61,048 bases of DNA from Amoebophrya sp. A120 (Eukaryota > Protista > Dinoflagellata), in contig CAJINV010000003.1 in the NCBI GenBank assembly GCA_905178155.1, forward strand, positions 5,484,728-5,545,775. Reading direction: 5' to 3'. The notes beneath the pieces were generated by a model that made no database searches, was not told the origin of the DNA, and worked only from the letters and a program-made list of their open reading frames with translations. The translations under genes and the position numbers were made by a program. Of the stretch, positions 1-13,000 are shown in pieces (the first letter of the stretch is position 1; each line of letters begins with the position of its first letter).

Positions 1-1003
1 GGTAGTCATGCGCCATAAGTCATCGCCGCTGTCCGACCACCGCGCACAGCTGCTTTTTACGCCAGTGCCGTCGAGCCACTCCGCGCTCGAATTCACTTGC
101 TGCAGATCCCAGCGGGCCACGTTGGGCGAGGCGCACGGAGCGTCCTTGAACATGCCGTCCATCAACAGCCCGCTTGTGCTCACTGACCACAAGGTCACGC
201 ACGGGTTTGCGCGCGCTGCCCCACGGAACATGTTCGAGGCATCCGTTACCTGACCCACCTGCCACAATCGCACGTCCGGGTCGGCGGTGAGCGCGTCGCG
301 AAACATTTCGGTCATGTCGGTCACCTTCGCGACCTGCCAGGCGCTCACGTCCGGGTTGGCCTTCGCCACTTCGCGAAACATTCCCCGCGTCACCTGAGCG
401 CTGCTCATGTCCCACTTGGAGACGTCAAGCGTGGCGGTGCCGTACTTGAAGAACATCTCCGCAAAATTTTTGCCCCTTTCGGTGTTCCAGACCGAGACGT
501 TCAGGTTGGCGACCGCCGCGGCATCGTGGAACACGCGGGTGAAGTCGGTGACTCGCGAAACGTTCCAGTTGCCCACGTCCGGGTTCGCGGTCGCAGCTTC
601 ACTAAACATGCTCTGCAGCTCCTCCGCGCGACTCAAGTCCCACGCGGCGAGGTCGGGTTCCGCTTTCCCGGTCCGCTGGAACAGGTTCTGGAAGTGCTTG
701 CCGCTGCCAACCCGCCAGTTGGTCACAGAGGACGACCCGCTGGCGGGTATCTGCACCTTCTGCGCGCCCTGGAACGCAGCCCGGAAGTCGGTTACCTGGG
801 ACACGTCCCACTGCTCCAGGCCGGGCAACAGCGGCACCGCGGGCGCCTCCGAAAACGCGTAAGAAATATCGGTCACCCGCGAAACGTCCCAGCGGCTCAA
901 GTCATTCAAGGTGTCCAGCTTGCCCGCGTTGCGAAAGATCGCCTGCAAGTTGACAACCCTCGACCAGTGCCGCGCGAAGACGTCGTTGTCCTCACTCGTC
1001 AGG
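1..1003 (-). CDS. Exon of giant gene: BspA/DUF285 repeats, runs off window
   Basis: Reads TSEDNDVFARHWSRV...LSRWDVSRVTDISYAF...GLEQWDVSQVTDF; paralogous to exons at about 7455-8950. Confidence 0.85.
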
Positions 1004-4000
1004 TATCAAGTGTAAAAATGTCTGGGTCTGGAAGAGTGCATGTTTGTCATGCTTGTCTGGCATGACTCTCAAATCTGTCATGCACGTTACTCAAGAGCGC
1101 CACTTTTCTGTCATGCAGCAACGCAGTTTGTCATGCAGAATAGGCAACACCTAGAAGCTCAGAAACTTGTCATGCTGAGCCAGCACTTGTGGTCTCCTCA
1201 TGATACGCCACCCAGCAGCACAAGTTTCCAGACCCACACATTTTTGCACTTGATATCAGGGCCGTAATCTCGCCGCTGTCCTCAAACAAGCGCGCGAGGA
1301 GGTTGTGCCCCGTCTTCCCGAGACTGCGTACCCGGCGGTAGGCGTTTTTGAACCCGCGCATTGCGGCGTCCGTGGTCACAGCGTGCACGAGACGTGGATC
1401 ATTGGTGTCTTTCACACCCGCAAGCCCCGCGTCCCCGAGCGTTATCGTAAGGAAGAATCCCTCACCGCATATCGAAAAGGCACGTCTCAGGAGATTTGCA
1501 TTGCTGACTTGTGACCACAAATCGTCTCTGTCTTGCAAGAACGCAACCTCACAGGTTGCCGCACTCTGCAGGCGGTTTGTAATGCTGTTGGCCCTACAGC
1601 CTAGACGTTTGCCATGCTTAGCGCCTAGCCCAAAACTTCCCTACTCCGGGTTGATAAAGGCCTGCTGTCCTCTCCAGCAAGACAAATCTGATTTGTGTAC
1701 GCAAATCCAGCATCAGAAACTTCGTTTTGATATGGGGAGGGGGGATTTTTCCTTTTGATAAGCGTTGTTACGGTTTCGGGGGATCTCCACCCAGCGAGGC
1801 TCCCACGGATGACCACTTCGAACGTGCCCGTGGCGGTGTAGTTTCTTTCCACGTACAGAACCTGGAAGGGCGACGCGCTTCCCGTTGTAGATGGTTGGTC
1901 CGGCCCGGGATGGACGATGTTTACCAACTGCCCGGAGTCCGACTTTATGCCCTGCAAAGATGTTGGATATCTCTATCTGAGCCTGGGTCTGGAAACAAAC
2001 TTTTTTGCATGCAGCTCTCGGTGTAAGAACTATTACTATTCATCATATATTCTAAACAGCGAAGGAAATAAGCTGGTCACTCGTGGTCACAACTCAGCGA
2101 AGTGACTTAAATTTCCAAGGCGCGACGGACATTCATCCGAGGACTCGGAAGGCCCCACAAAAACGGGCGACGCTGGAGCATCCACGTCTATCTGAGACCT
2201 CGTTGGCCATACAGAGTGGGAGCCTGCATAGCAAACATCTGCACTCTTTCTCTTCCAGGAGAGGGAGACCGCGCCCTAGTATCGAACATAGAACTTTGCA
2301 ATGCATAAAGCTGCCGTCGCCCCAGTACACCGTGAACGCGTGTGATTCAGCGCCGTCGAGCGGAAGCTTTACCGATGCGGGAGCGCTCGCGATCTCGATT
2401 TGCACCCGGAACGGATCGTCGTCCGGGGTCAGCAAATCAATGCCCCGTCCGACGGTGGCGTTGTGCTGCGCGTCATTGAAGTGCTCTTGCATCTCCGCGC
2501 TGCCGCATTGACTCAAAACGCCCGCGCCCACCGCCACGTCGGTAGCGATCACGTTTAGGGTCGTGTTGACCGCATCCACCGCGTAGTCGGACCAGAAAAA
2601 TTCGGCGAAGTTTATAACTCGCTCAGGTGTTACAATCTCAAACGTTACAATAGAGTTTGGAAATCTGTGATGCTAAAACAACCGCACCGACATTGCCATT
2701 GTCCAGCGTAGCTTTGGAGGCAAGCCTCCGCAGGTGCTGGAACGGCATAGGGTCAGAACCGCGAAAACATCGCGCGTATTTCTTCATCCCCGGGCACTCT
2801 TATATATTTCGACCATACTTTGCGCTCACAACTGTAATAGAAGCAGACAGGGAGCCCGCGACTGAATCACACAGACCCCCAGAGACCTGCTATACTATGG
2901 AAATCAGTATATGGAGACTGACAGACCCAAGCCGTATAAAGATCTCAAAGATCTACAGCAAGGGCGTTTTAGAGCTTCCACACAGACAGTGCGACTACAA
3001 GACATAGATGTGGATATTGAAGTTCTGCGGCCCTTTCTGTGGACTGGGGGGGATACCGACACAGAAGCTTTGATTTATTTTTGGTTGAAGAGAAGGCTGC
3101 AGAGCGAAAACGAGACCTGTAGTCACTAGTAGAAACAATAACACAAAGACAAACAGAAGCAGCACCATGAGATAATAACTTACCTACCCCTTACCTAAAT
3201 ACCACACGTCGATTAGTCGCACAGCCGTGTGGTCAGGTCCGCGACATCGATCATGGTAGGACCTTGTTGGAAGGTCTGACTTTTAGCGAGAAGTGGGGCA
3301 CTCCTTATCTCCAACCGACTAACCACCGCCGTAGCATGGGGACAAGGCAAGCTGCATACAAAGTCTGGCACTCCTTCCCCATTCCGCGTTTCATTCTGTC
3401 CGCTGCCATAGAATCGCGGCCCTAGCAGGGGAACAAGGCGAGCCGTGCGAGGACTGGAGCCCCCACTTGTATTCCGGCCATGATAGCATCGCAGGAACGC
3501 GTCGGAAAATCGGGGTTTTTTCCGACTTCGGAGACCGGGGATTCCCGACCGCCACTAAAGCGGCAGCCGTAGCATGGGGACAAGGCGAGCTGTGTAGAGG
3601 TTCTGCTGATCCTTCCCCTCTTCGCTTCTTCCTGCTGTCCTCGACCGTCTAATCGCGGCCATAGCATGGGAACAAGGCGAGCCGTATTCCGCAATTTCCG
3701 GCTGTCGCCGTCAGGGAGTGATTATAGACCACGTTCGGAGGCGAAAACTTCGCCTCCACAAAGAGCCGGAAAAGCCTAGGGACTGTGAACTAGGGTTAGA
3801 TGCGGACCTACCTCTTCATCTAGCACAAAGGAAGACTCACAGTCGCGGCGGGGCCTGCATAGGAGCTGCAGGTACAGAGGAGTGCACACCAGGTCGCATG
3901 ACAACGTCCAACACCAAGACAGCCCATAGTTCGCTTTTCCAGCTCTCCGCGAGGCAGCCACATCTTGTTAGTAAACGCAAACCGCGTCCCGCCCAGCGTA

Positions 4001-7000
4001 GTCCGGCCTGCGTTTGGTTCGGAGAAGGGCGGGGGTCGACTGTCCAGGCGCGCAGCCGCCTGTCTTTTGTTTTTTTTATTGTTTTATTTATGAAGAGGGC
4101 AGCAAGGGTGCGAGTTTTCGATGTTGCTACCTAGTACTATCATGAGCTCCCAAAACTACACAGGCCCGCGGTCGCTTTCTGACCGCAACTATGCGGCAAC
4201 CACGCCTTTTGTTTTCTCCATTCACATCGTTTCCAAAATGTCATGCAAGGGGCCGGAGCAGAAAACCAAAAACAGACGCAAACCAGAACAACGAGATGAA
4301 CCAGAAGACGAGGGATGGATAGCACGCATGTGCAGTTAGTTGCGCCTTCATCTCTGGGCAACTCTTGTCTTTCGCCCAGTTCAGCTTGGCCTGCGTCGTT
4401 CCCGTATTGCATCTCGGTTTCTGGAGCCCGTGGGCGTTTCGCGGTGCCGGCGAAGGGCCTTGCTCCTGCCCCGGTACGTTAAGTGCAAAAGAGGACGCAG
4501 GCGATCCATCTTAGTACGACTTGCTGTCGCTCATCGGGATCGCTCGACGACGACGTTACTCACAACGACGCCCTCGTGCCGAGCGAACACTGGAGACCGG
4601 TCCACTTCGCTATTCCAGGCGCGCAACTGGCTCCCGGGGTACCATAGTCGAGCCCTCCTGCGGCGGTGCTTCGACCGCGTTGTTTGCGGCACGCTTTTGC
4701 CGACTCGCGGCCGAGAGAAATAAGGGCGTCTTCAAGAGAAAACACAAAAGCACCCGGTGAGAATGTATATCTATACCCGCCTGGGGCAGCAGAGTGTGAC
4801 CACTGCGATGGAGATTTAGTAGCAGTTGCGGGCTGATCATAGAAACTCGAGGTCAATTTGTTGTAGCGCATCTGTGAAAATATCGTCGTCGTGGTCGTCC
4901 TTGACCGCCTTGGATTCAGAGGCCAGTTCTCCTTGCCCACTGTGCGCGCCCTGGTTGCCACGCGGCCGGGTTGCAGCGTAGTGCACCCTCGTCCAGTGGA
5001 CTAGTTCGATCACTGGGTAATCCGGGCTGTTTGCGTCGTCAGAGGCTGGAGCCCCGATGGGCACTGGCACGGGGTCCTTCGGGTGGGAGGTGGTTAGATG
5101 TATCTTGATCAGGTACTCCTCCGCGAGCGCGGTCAAAGTGAAATGGTCGCCCCAGGTGCCTTCCTGTGCCATTTCCAACAGGTATTCCTGCCACTCGTGA
5201 TCCGAGCAGCCTAGCTGAGCCTGATAATGTGCCCGGTTTACCTGGAGGCGATTGACAGCCTTGGCCCGCAGCTCCTGGTGACGGAGCTCGGACCCCGCGA
5301 ACAACATCTGGCTGAGGGCTCGGAACTGACAGTTTCCGTCCCCTTTGGTTGGCAATCGCCCGAGGTTTCTGGAGTGAAGTCGCGCGTCTATCCGCTCGTC
5401 ATTCTCCTGTTGCTCGTGGAGGGCGCGGAGGGATTCTGCGACTGCTTGGACCTCCCATTTGTCCTGCCCTTCTCTTATATCGCTGCCCCGCTGTGATTGC
5501 TGACGCCCTGATGCCGGCCACTTCGCGTTCTCCTGCCTGTGATGCAAGAATGCATGATCTAGCCAATTCTCATAGGATTGCGCATGACAGGTTCCGGAGC
5601 GGGAGCATCAAACCCCACTACAATCTGGCGAAATTTGTATTGCAGAAAGTGGAACGCTCTGCGAGTCTGTCATGCTCATCATGCAAGACAAGTCTCAGAT
5701 TCTATTGTAACGTTTGAGATTGTAACGTTTGAGCAAGTCATAAAGTTCGGCGTCGCGCACGTGGCGTTGAGAAACATCTCCTTCAGGTTGCCGATCTTAT
5801 GAGACTACACAACTCCCCCTCCCCCTCATTTGTAATGCAAAACTCCAAATTATCCACCCTTTGCCCCTTGGCACTTTTTGCATGACAAGTTCTGCAACCT
5901 CAAACAGCACTACAATCCCGGGTGAATTTGTCATGCAAAACCTGCATTCTTGCCGACGCTTGTATTGCTGTTTGTGCCAGACAAATGAGGGGGAAGGGGA
6001 GTTGTGCACTGTCATAGACCTTGCGCACATTCCAGAAGGAAACCACCGGGCTAGCCTTCACCGCGTTCGCAAACATCCGCCGCATGCTGCGAACGTTCTT
6101 GGTTTGCCAGCTGGTCACGTTCGGTTTCGCGAGTGTTGCCGCCTCGAACATCGAGGCCAAGCTGGTCGCCTGGCGAACGTCCCAGTCGTGCACGACGGGA
6201 TTTGCGGTGGCCGCGTCCTTGAAGAGGGCCGTAAAGGTTTTTCCACTGCCGGTGTCCCACGTATCCACCACCGGGTCAAAGGCCTGGGCATTGGCGAAGG
6301 CGTAGCTGAAATCGGTCACCTGGGACACGTCCCACTTCGCCACGTTGAAGTGAGCCAGCGGGGTGTCTTGGAAAATACTCCGCAGACTCTTCACCTTTCC
6401 CACCTGCCAATCGTTGAGGGCCGTAGTCGCGTAGTTAGCGGCGAGGCCGGCGCTCGCCGAGGTTTCCAGTGCGTCCAGCCCGGAAAAGGTGTAGGACAAG
6501 TCCGTCACTTCGGCGACTTTCGAGGCCCAATTTCCCAGCCCAGGCAGGCGCACCAGCTTGTTCACATTCTGAAACATGCGGGTCATGCTCGTCACCTTCG
6601 AGGTGTCGTACGAAGACACGTCGAGTTCGGTCAGGCTCTGGCAGCAGTCTTCGAACATGGACTGCGTGCTATCCTGAGTAAAAACGTACCCACGTAATGC
6701 AGATTTGCAAAGACAGGAAGACTTGTAATGCGCATCCCCATGAGAGCCATTTCCAGTCGTGCTTTGGAATTTGTGATGCTGTGAACAGAGTGAGCAGATG
6801 AATCTGTGATGCGGCTGCACTTGCTAACCAGCACCACACTGCGGAGCGCAATTTGTCATGCGTGACTCCCTAAACTCCTAGGTTTGTGTTGCAAAATCCC
6901 CATCCTGACTCTGGTGTGGGGACGTTTTTACTCAGGATACGTGCTGGTTGCGGAGGCCCAAAAGTTGCCTAGCAACTGCGCCGTCTGTGGCACCTCCGGC

Positions 7001-10000
7001 ATCATCGAGGACGCCTCCTGGAACAGAAACGGGAAAAGCGATCCGCCGCTGCTGCCGACCGCGCGCAAAGTGCGGAAACTGCGTTTCCACATCCGCGTCC
7101 ATTCTACCGCGGTCGTCGTCCCCGAAGTACTAGATGTTGCCGAGCTCAATATCCTTAGGTCCTTCCAGCCAACAATATTGCCGCGTACAACAACGGAATA
7201 CGTGCCCGTGGCTGCATACGTGTGATTGAGAGCCCCTCGGGACAGATCGGACGCGCCGTCGTCCGTAAAGCAGTCCGAGCAGCGCACGTAAGAAGCAAAA
7301 TCCCCCTTGGACGCCGTCGTTCCATCGCCCCAATGTACGGTAAACCGGTTCGCCGTTTCGTCCTCGTCGATTTGCAGGCGCACACTGAGCTGAGACGCGT
7401 CGGTGAGCTCGATATCCACGCGGAAGGGGGAGTCACCGGGGCAGTTGGGGTCGCTGCCGTCGGTGGTCATGCGCCACAAATCATCACTGCTGTCCGACCA
7501 CCGCGCGCAGCTGCTTTTCACTCCCGTGTCATCGAGCCAGCCCAAGCTCGCTGAGGCGTCTTGCAGGCCCGCCCATCTCGCGATGTTTGGAGTCGCGCAG
7601 GGTGCGCCTTTGAAGAGTCTGGTCATGTCGAGTTCTCCAGCGGCGCTCGAGTTCACCGGCCAAAAGGTCACGCACGGGTTGGCCCGTTGAGCCCCACTAA
7701 AGGCCTCCCGCATGTCGGTCACCTTATCAACTGTAAAAATGTCTGGGTCTGGAAGAATTCATGTTTGTCATGCTTGTCTGGCATGACTCTTAAATCTGTC
7801 ATGCACGTTACCCAAGATCTGCGTTTTTCTGTGATGCAGAAGCGCAGTTTGTCATGCAGAATAGGCAACACCTAGGAGCTCAGAAACTTGTCATGCTGAG
7901 CCAGCATTTGTAGCCTCATCATGAGAGGCTACCCAGCATCACAAGTTCCCAGACCCAGACATTTTTACATTTGATACACCTTGCCAACCTGCCACAGCCG
8001 GACGTCGGGGTCCGCCTTAGCGACGTCTCCGAACATACTCCGGATCACGCGCGCACTGCTCATGTCCCAAGCGGCTACCTTGAGATGGGAAGAGGTGCTC
8101 TCTCGAAACATCGCCGCAAAGTGCCTGCCTTTCTCGGTGTTCCAGGAAGACGTGTCCAGATTCGGATACACGGCACCGGCGGCACGGTCGAACATGCGCG
8201 AGAAGTCCGTATCAAATGCAAATTTGTCTGGGTCTGGAAGTTGATTCTAAACTTGTCATGCTGTTTTTGGACTCTGAAAAAATTTGTATTGCATGACCAG
8301 CAAGAGGGATACAATCTGTGCTACACGGACAGGGCATTTCTCAGGCGGAAGGCGCATCAAGAAGCCCTCTAAAAGTAAGTCTCGTCTGCGAAGCTAGGTC
8401 ATGCATTACAGGCATCATGGGTCATGAGAAATATGCATGAGAAATCTTGCATTCTAATTCTTCCAGACCCAGACATTTTTGCAATACATAGTCCGTCACT
8501 TGAGACACATTCCAGGAGCTCACGTCCGGATTGATAGCGGCTGAGTCCCCGAACATGTCCTGCACCTCTTCCGCGTGGCGGAGGTCCCAGCTCGCCAAGG
8601 TCGCCGCGATCTTCGAGCCAGTTCTAGCAAACATGCCCTGAAAATGCTTCCCGCGCGCCACGGGCCATGCTTCGATGGAATTGCTACCCGTGCTAGCGAT
8701 CTCCAGTGCCTGACCACCCTGGAACATCGCCCGAAAGTCTGTCACCTGCGACACATCCCAATCCTTGATCCCTGGCACAGTATCGACGACCGGCAACTCT
8801 GCAAAAGCATACGACACGTCCGTCACCTTTGACAGGTCCCAGGTCTGCACACTCGCCACGGTCTGCAGCTTGGCCGCCCTGCGGAAGAGAGCGCGCACAC
8901 TCCGCACCTTCGACCAGTGGCGGAGGAACACTTCGTTGTCTTCGCTGGTGAGCTGCGTGACCTCCGAGCTGTGCTCGTACAAATGGGCAAAAAGGTTGTG
9001 GCCGGTCTTGCCGAGGCTCCGGACCCGGCGGTAGGAGTTTTTGAAGTTTGCCACCTCCCCGTCGGTCGTCGTTACATACGGGAGCCGGGCGTCGTCGGTG
9101 TCCCGGACGCCCTCCAGCCCAACGTCACCCAGGGTTGTCACGGTTTCCGCCGACACCCACCCTCCGAGGCTGCCGCGGATGACAATCTCGTAGGTGCCCG
9201 TCTGTGTGTACGTTTTGTTTGCGGTGAGCACTTCGTGGTAGGATGTGCCGTTCGCCGCCAGGAGGCCGCTGACGCCGAGGCTGGCCGGGTAGACCATTTT
9301 GGAGAACTGTCCGGAGTCGGCGTTGGTGCTGCTGTCCCCCCAGAAGATCGTGAACGCGTGGCCCCCTCCCGTGGCCGCGGCCAGGGGCAGACGTACATTC
9401 AACGGCGCGGTGACCACTTCGATTTGCAGTCGGAAGGGGTCGTCGTCTTCGCCGGCAAGCAAATCCAGCCCCCGACCGTATTCCGAATCCTGCACGGCGT
9501 CGTTAAACTGACCCTGCATTTCGGTCGTGCCGCAGTGGGTGAGCATTCCGGCGAAAACGCCCACATCGGTGGTGGTCAGCCCCAGACTGGGATTCTCCGC
9601 ATCCACGGCGTAGTCGGACCAGTATCAAATGCAAACATGTCTGGGTCTGGAAGAATGCAAGTTTCTCATGCTTGTCTGGCATGACAGACTCTCAAACAGA
9701 TCTGTGTTGCGTCAGCACGAAGAGGCTGCTCTCTTGCATGTCATTGTTGTTGTTAGACGGCCCCCCTGTGGTCGTCCTCACGGCGTCATCATCATCTTGG
9801 CCCTCGGCTGTTTTGGACAGATTTTGGTTGTGCCCAGCAAGATGCCGGATGTCATGCAAAATAAACGCAGTTTGTCATGAGGAATACGCAACACCTAGCA
9901 GCCCAAAAAGTTGTCATGCTTGGCTGCGTATTGCATTTGCAGTGCGAAAAATATCATTCATTTTTAGCATTTACACGCAGACATATAATTTGCAGTCCAT

Positions 10001-13000
10001 AACCAGTAGTCCTCCGCGAAGTTCGGAGTAGCGCAGGTGGCGTTGTAGAAAAATTCCTGGAGGTTGCCCGCCTTGCGGACATTCCAGAACGAAACCACGG
10101 GGCTGGCCTTCACCGCGTTCGCGAACATGCGCGTGAGTACACGGACGTTGCCCGTTTGCCACCCGGTCACGTTGGGCTTCGCGGCCGTGGCCGACTCGAA
10201 CATTGACATCATGTCCGTCACCTGGCGCACGTCCCACAGAGTCACAGCTGGGTTCGCCAGCGGCAGGTCGCGGAACAGGTGGGCCAGGTTCCTTGCGCTG
10301 CCCGTGTTCCAGTTCCCCACTACCGGCTGCGCCGAGGCCGCGCCGCGGAACATCGCACCAAAGTCCGTCACGGCGGAGACATCCCAGCTCGACACCGCGG
10401 GATCCGCGGCAACCGCGTTCTCGAACATGCGGCCGAGGTGCCTCGCCTTGTTAGAAACCTGCCACTTCGAGGTGTCGGGAACCACCTCAGCGCCGGCGTC
10501 GCGAAACATCCCTTCGAAGGTCTGCACGCTAGAAACGTCCCAGTTTTCCGTGGACGCCGCTGCTATCGTCACCTGCGTGCAGCCCGCGAAGAGGTTACGA
10601 AGGCTGGTGGCGGCCCCCAGGGCCCAGGACCCCAGGCCAGCAACGGTCGTTATCCAGTGCAAACATCAATATGTCTGGGTCTGGAAACTTGTGACGCTAA
10701 AATGTGGATGATGGAGACACTTTCGAATGCACCAGCCCAGCATGACATCTTTCCAGAACGCTTTCTCGTAGGCAGTCCGCATGAGAAACTACCGCGTTTT
10801 TGCATGACAAAAATGGCTGCCACTTCTTTTGTTGGTTATGCAATCCAGATCTACTACCAGAAATGTAGAGCTAGCATTACAAATTCCAACTTTCCAGACT
10901 CAGACACATTTGCATTTGATAGTCGTGAGCCCGGAGCAATCCTGGAACGCAGCGTCGAAATTGCGGACCGTCGACAGGTCCCAGGTCGCGGTGCTGAGAG
11001 CGGTGAGGGTGGCCGCTCCGCGAAACATTCCGCTGATGCTGCTCACCGCTGGCGCGCCCCAGTACCTGCGCAGCAGGGACGGGCGGACCGAGTAGGAGCT
11101 GTCCCCCAGAATGGTGGCCCCGTCGTACAGGTTCTGCAAAAGCCCCGGCCCGTGGGGATCCTGGTAGCCGACGTTCAACAGCTGCGTCCACGCGCGCTTG
11201 AACGTCGTGTATTGGTTCTCCTGTCCAGATGAAGTCCTCGAGGGCTGCCACCCGGTGGTGAGTCCGCGAAATCGCACCGTCACCACGTACTCGCCGGTCG
11301 TACTTATCGCACAGAGACAGAAAGTTAACGCTTGCCATAAGCATTCCACTTGGATTAAGAACTTTTTCGCGATAGGATACGAGAAGGACGCACGGAAGAT
11401 GAAGATCTGTCCTGCAGCAGCATCTCTTGAGCAGAAAGTACTTAGTTCCAATTACTGCCTGCCCAATATTAATGAATGTCATGACACTTCTTCATTCCTA
11501 CTTTACTTTGTCAATTATTCTACCCGGGGCCATCATCATTTCCAAATGCCAACAGCAAAGACCAAAAGGCGCGCTAAAATTTTCTGCAGGATATTCTCGT
11601 AAGTATACGAAAAAGAGGTCGTCGCAGCCACCGCGGTCCCGCTGTTTGCCGTGGCGTCCCGTGTCACATTCGGGCCACTACCGGGCACGCCCCAGTAAAC
11701 CGTGACGCGGCTCGCGTTGGAGGAGCTTACAGCTTCGGGGAGAAGCGGCAGCGTCACAGTGTAAGGAACGGTGTCGATCCGGAGTTTCACGCGGAAGGGG
11801 TCCTCCTCCCCGGGACAGGCAGTGTCGGCCCCGTCCGCCGTCGTGGCCAGTTCCTCTGCCGTGGGCCCCGACAGGTCGGCAATATCGTTAAAGTGTGACT
11901 GGTCAGAGCAGACTTGATTAGCCAGAGAAGTGTCGCCGGCGGAGAAGACTCCGGCGCCCTGCAGCATCGTATCGGGATCAGGTCCCAATTTCACACTCGC
12001 ACGGAAGTTGAGGCCCGCCAAGTTGGGCGTGGCACAGTGCGCATTGACAAAGAGATTCTGCACAATTCTTGCAGCAGAAACGTCCCAGAGCCCCACACAT
12101 GGGACTGCCACTTTTGCGCCGTTGAACATCTGTTGCATGTTCGTAACCTTGGACACGTCCCAATGCGTCACGTTCGGTCGCGCGCTGATCGTCTTTGAAA
12201 ACATGAAGCTTAAGTCCACGGCATTTCCCATCGACCACTCCCCGGTGGCGGGGTCCGCCTTCCTCGCCTCGTGGAACATCGTCTTAAAATTTGAGCCCCT
12301 GCTTGTGTCCCAGGCGGAGGTGTCCGGCGTCGCTTCCACTGTGCCACGAAACATTTCCGCGAAATTTTCTACCTGGCCGGTGTTCCAGTTCGCGACGTCC
12401 GGGTTCACTTTCCCGGCCAATTTAAACATCCCCTCTAAAGTGGTCACGGCACCGGTCTGCCACGCGCCAAGGTTGTCGTCCGGGGGAAATTCCAGCTCAG
12501 CACAATCCTGAAACATTCCCTCAAAGCTCTCTGCACTGGAGACGTCCCAACCGCCGATGCCGGAGATCCGCGTGACCTTGGAATCTTCGAACGCAAAATT
12601 GAAATTGCGGACCGTCGACAGGTCCCCTCGTACAAGGGAAGGCACACCCGTACCAGAAAAGGAAACGACTTTTTGTACTTATTTGCATTTGCGGTGTGGT
12701 GATGTGACGAAACTCCGGTAGAGGAACGAAAACCTGCCACGCAACATACATAGTGACTGCATCGCGAAAAAGAAAATGTAGTGCAAGCTTCTTAGACAAA
12801 AAAATATTTGTCAGGCGAGCTTGAAGAGCTGCCCTCGTCCTGTCGTTGGTTTCCTGGATGTTAATTGTTAATCGCGAAAAAGACAAAAAGCTCACAAAGG
12901 TACCACGAAGATCAAGATTTCTGAAGATGATAAACAGACAACAGTCGCCACCTTTTGAATTTGATGCTTTTCGTGCCACGAGACTGCGTCACAAGCAATA

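Larger units (their letters stand above)
2674..5536 (-). mobile_element. Nested insert, probably a 5'-truncated non-LTR-type element
   Basis: Flanked by 9-bp direct repeat ctgtgatgc (2665-2673, 5537-5545); no TIR seen; OTU ORF is cut at the insert edge. Confidence 0.7.
2613..5742. mobile_element. Introner family C carrying a 2.9-kb nested insert
   Basis: TIR of about 42 bp TAT.ACT.GCTCA...GTTACAATCTCAAACGTTACAATAGA; TSD aagtt/aagtt; both ends match the element at 25560-25817. Confidence 0.92.

Noticed and set aside
2748-2792. SECIS element
   Set aside because: The helix is too short, the apical AA is missing, and no Sec-type in-frame TGA was found.
9623-9680. Recurrent peptides CLGLEEC / FQTQT / MSGSG / VGTFLLR as a protein motif
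   Set aside because: They are translations of family A and E TIRs.
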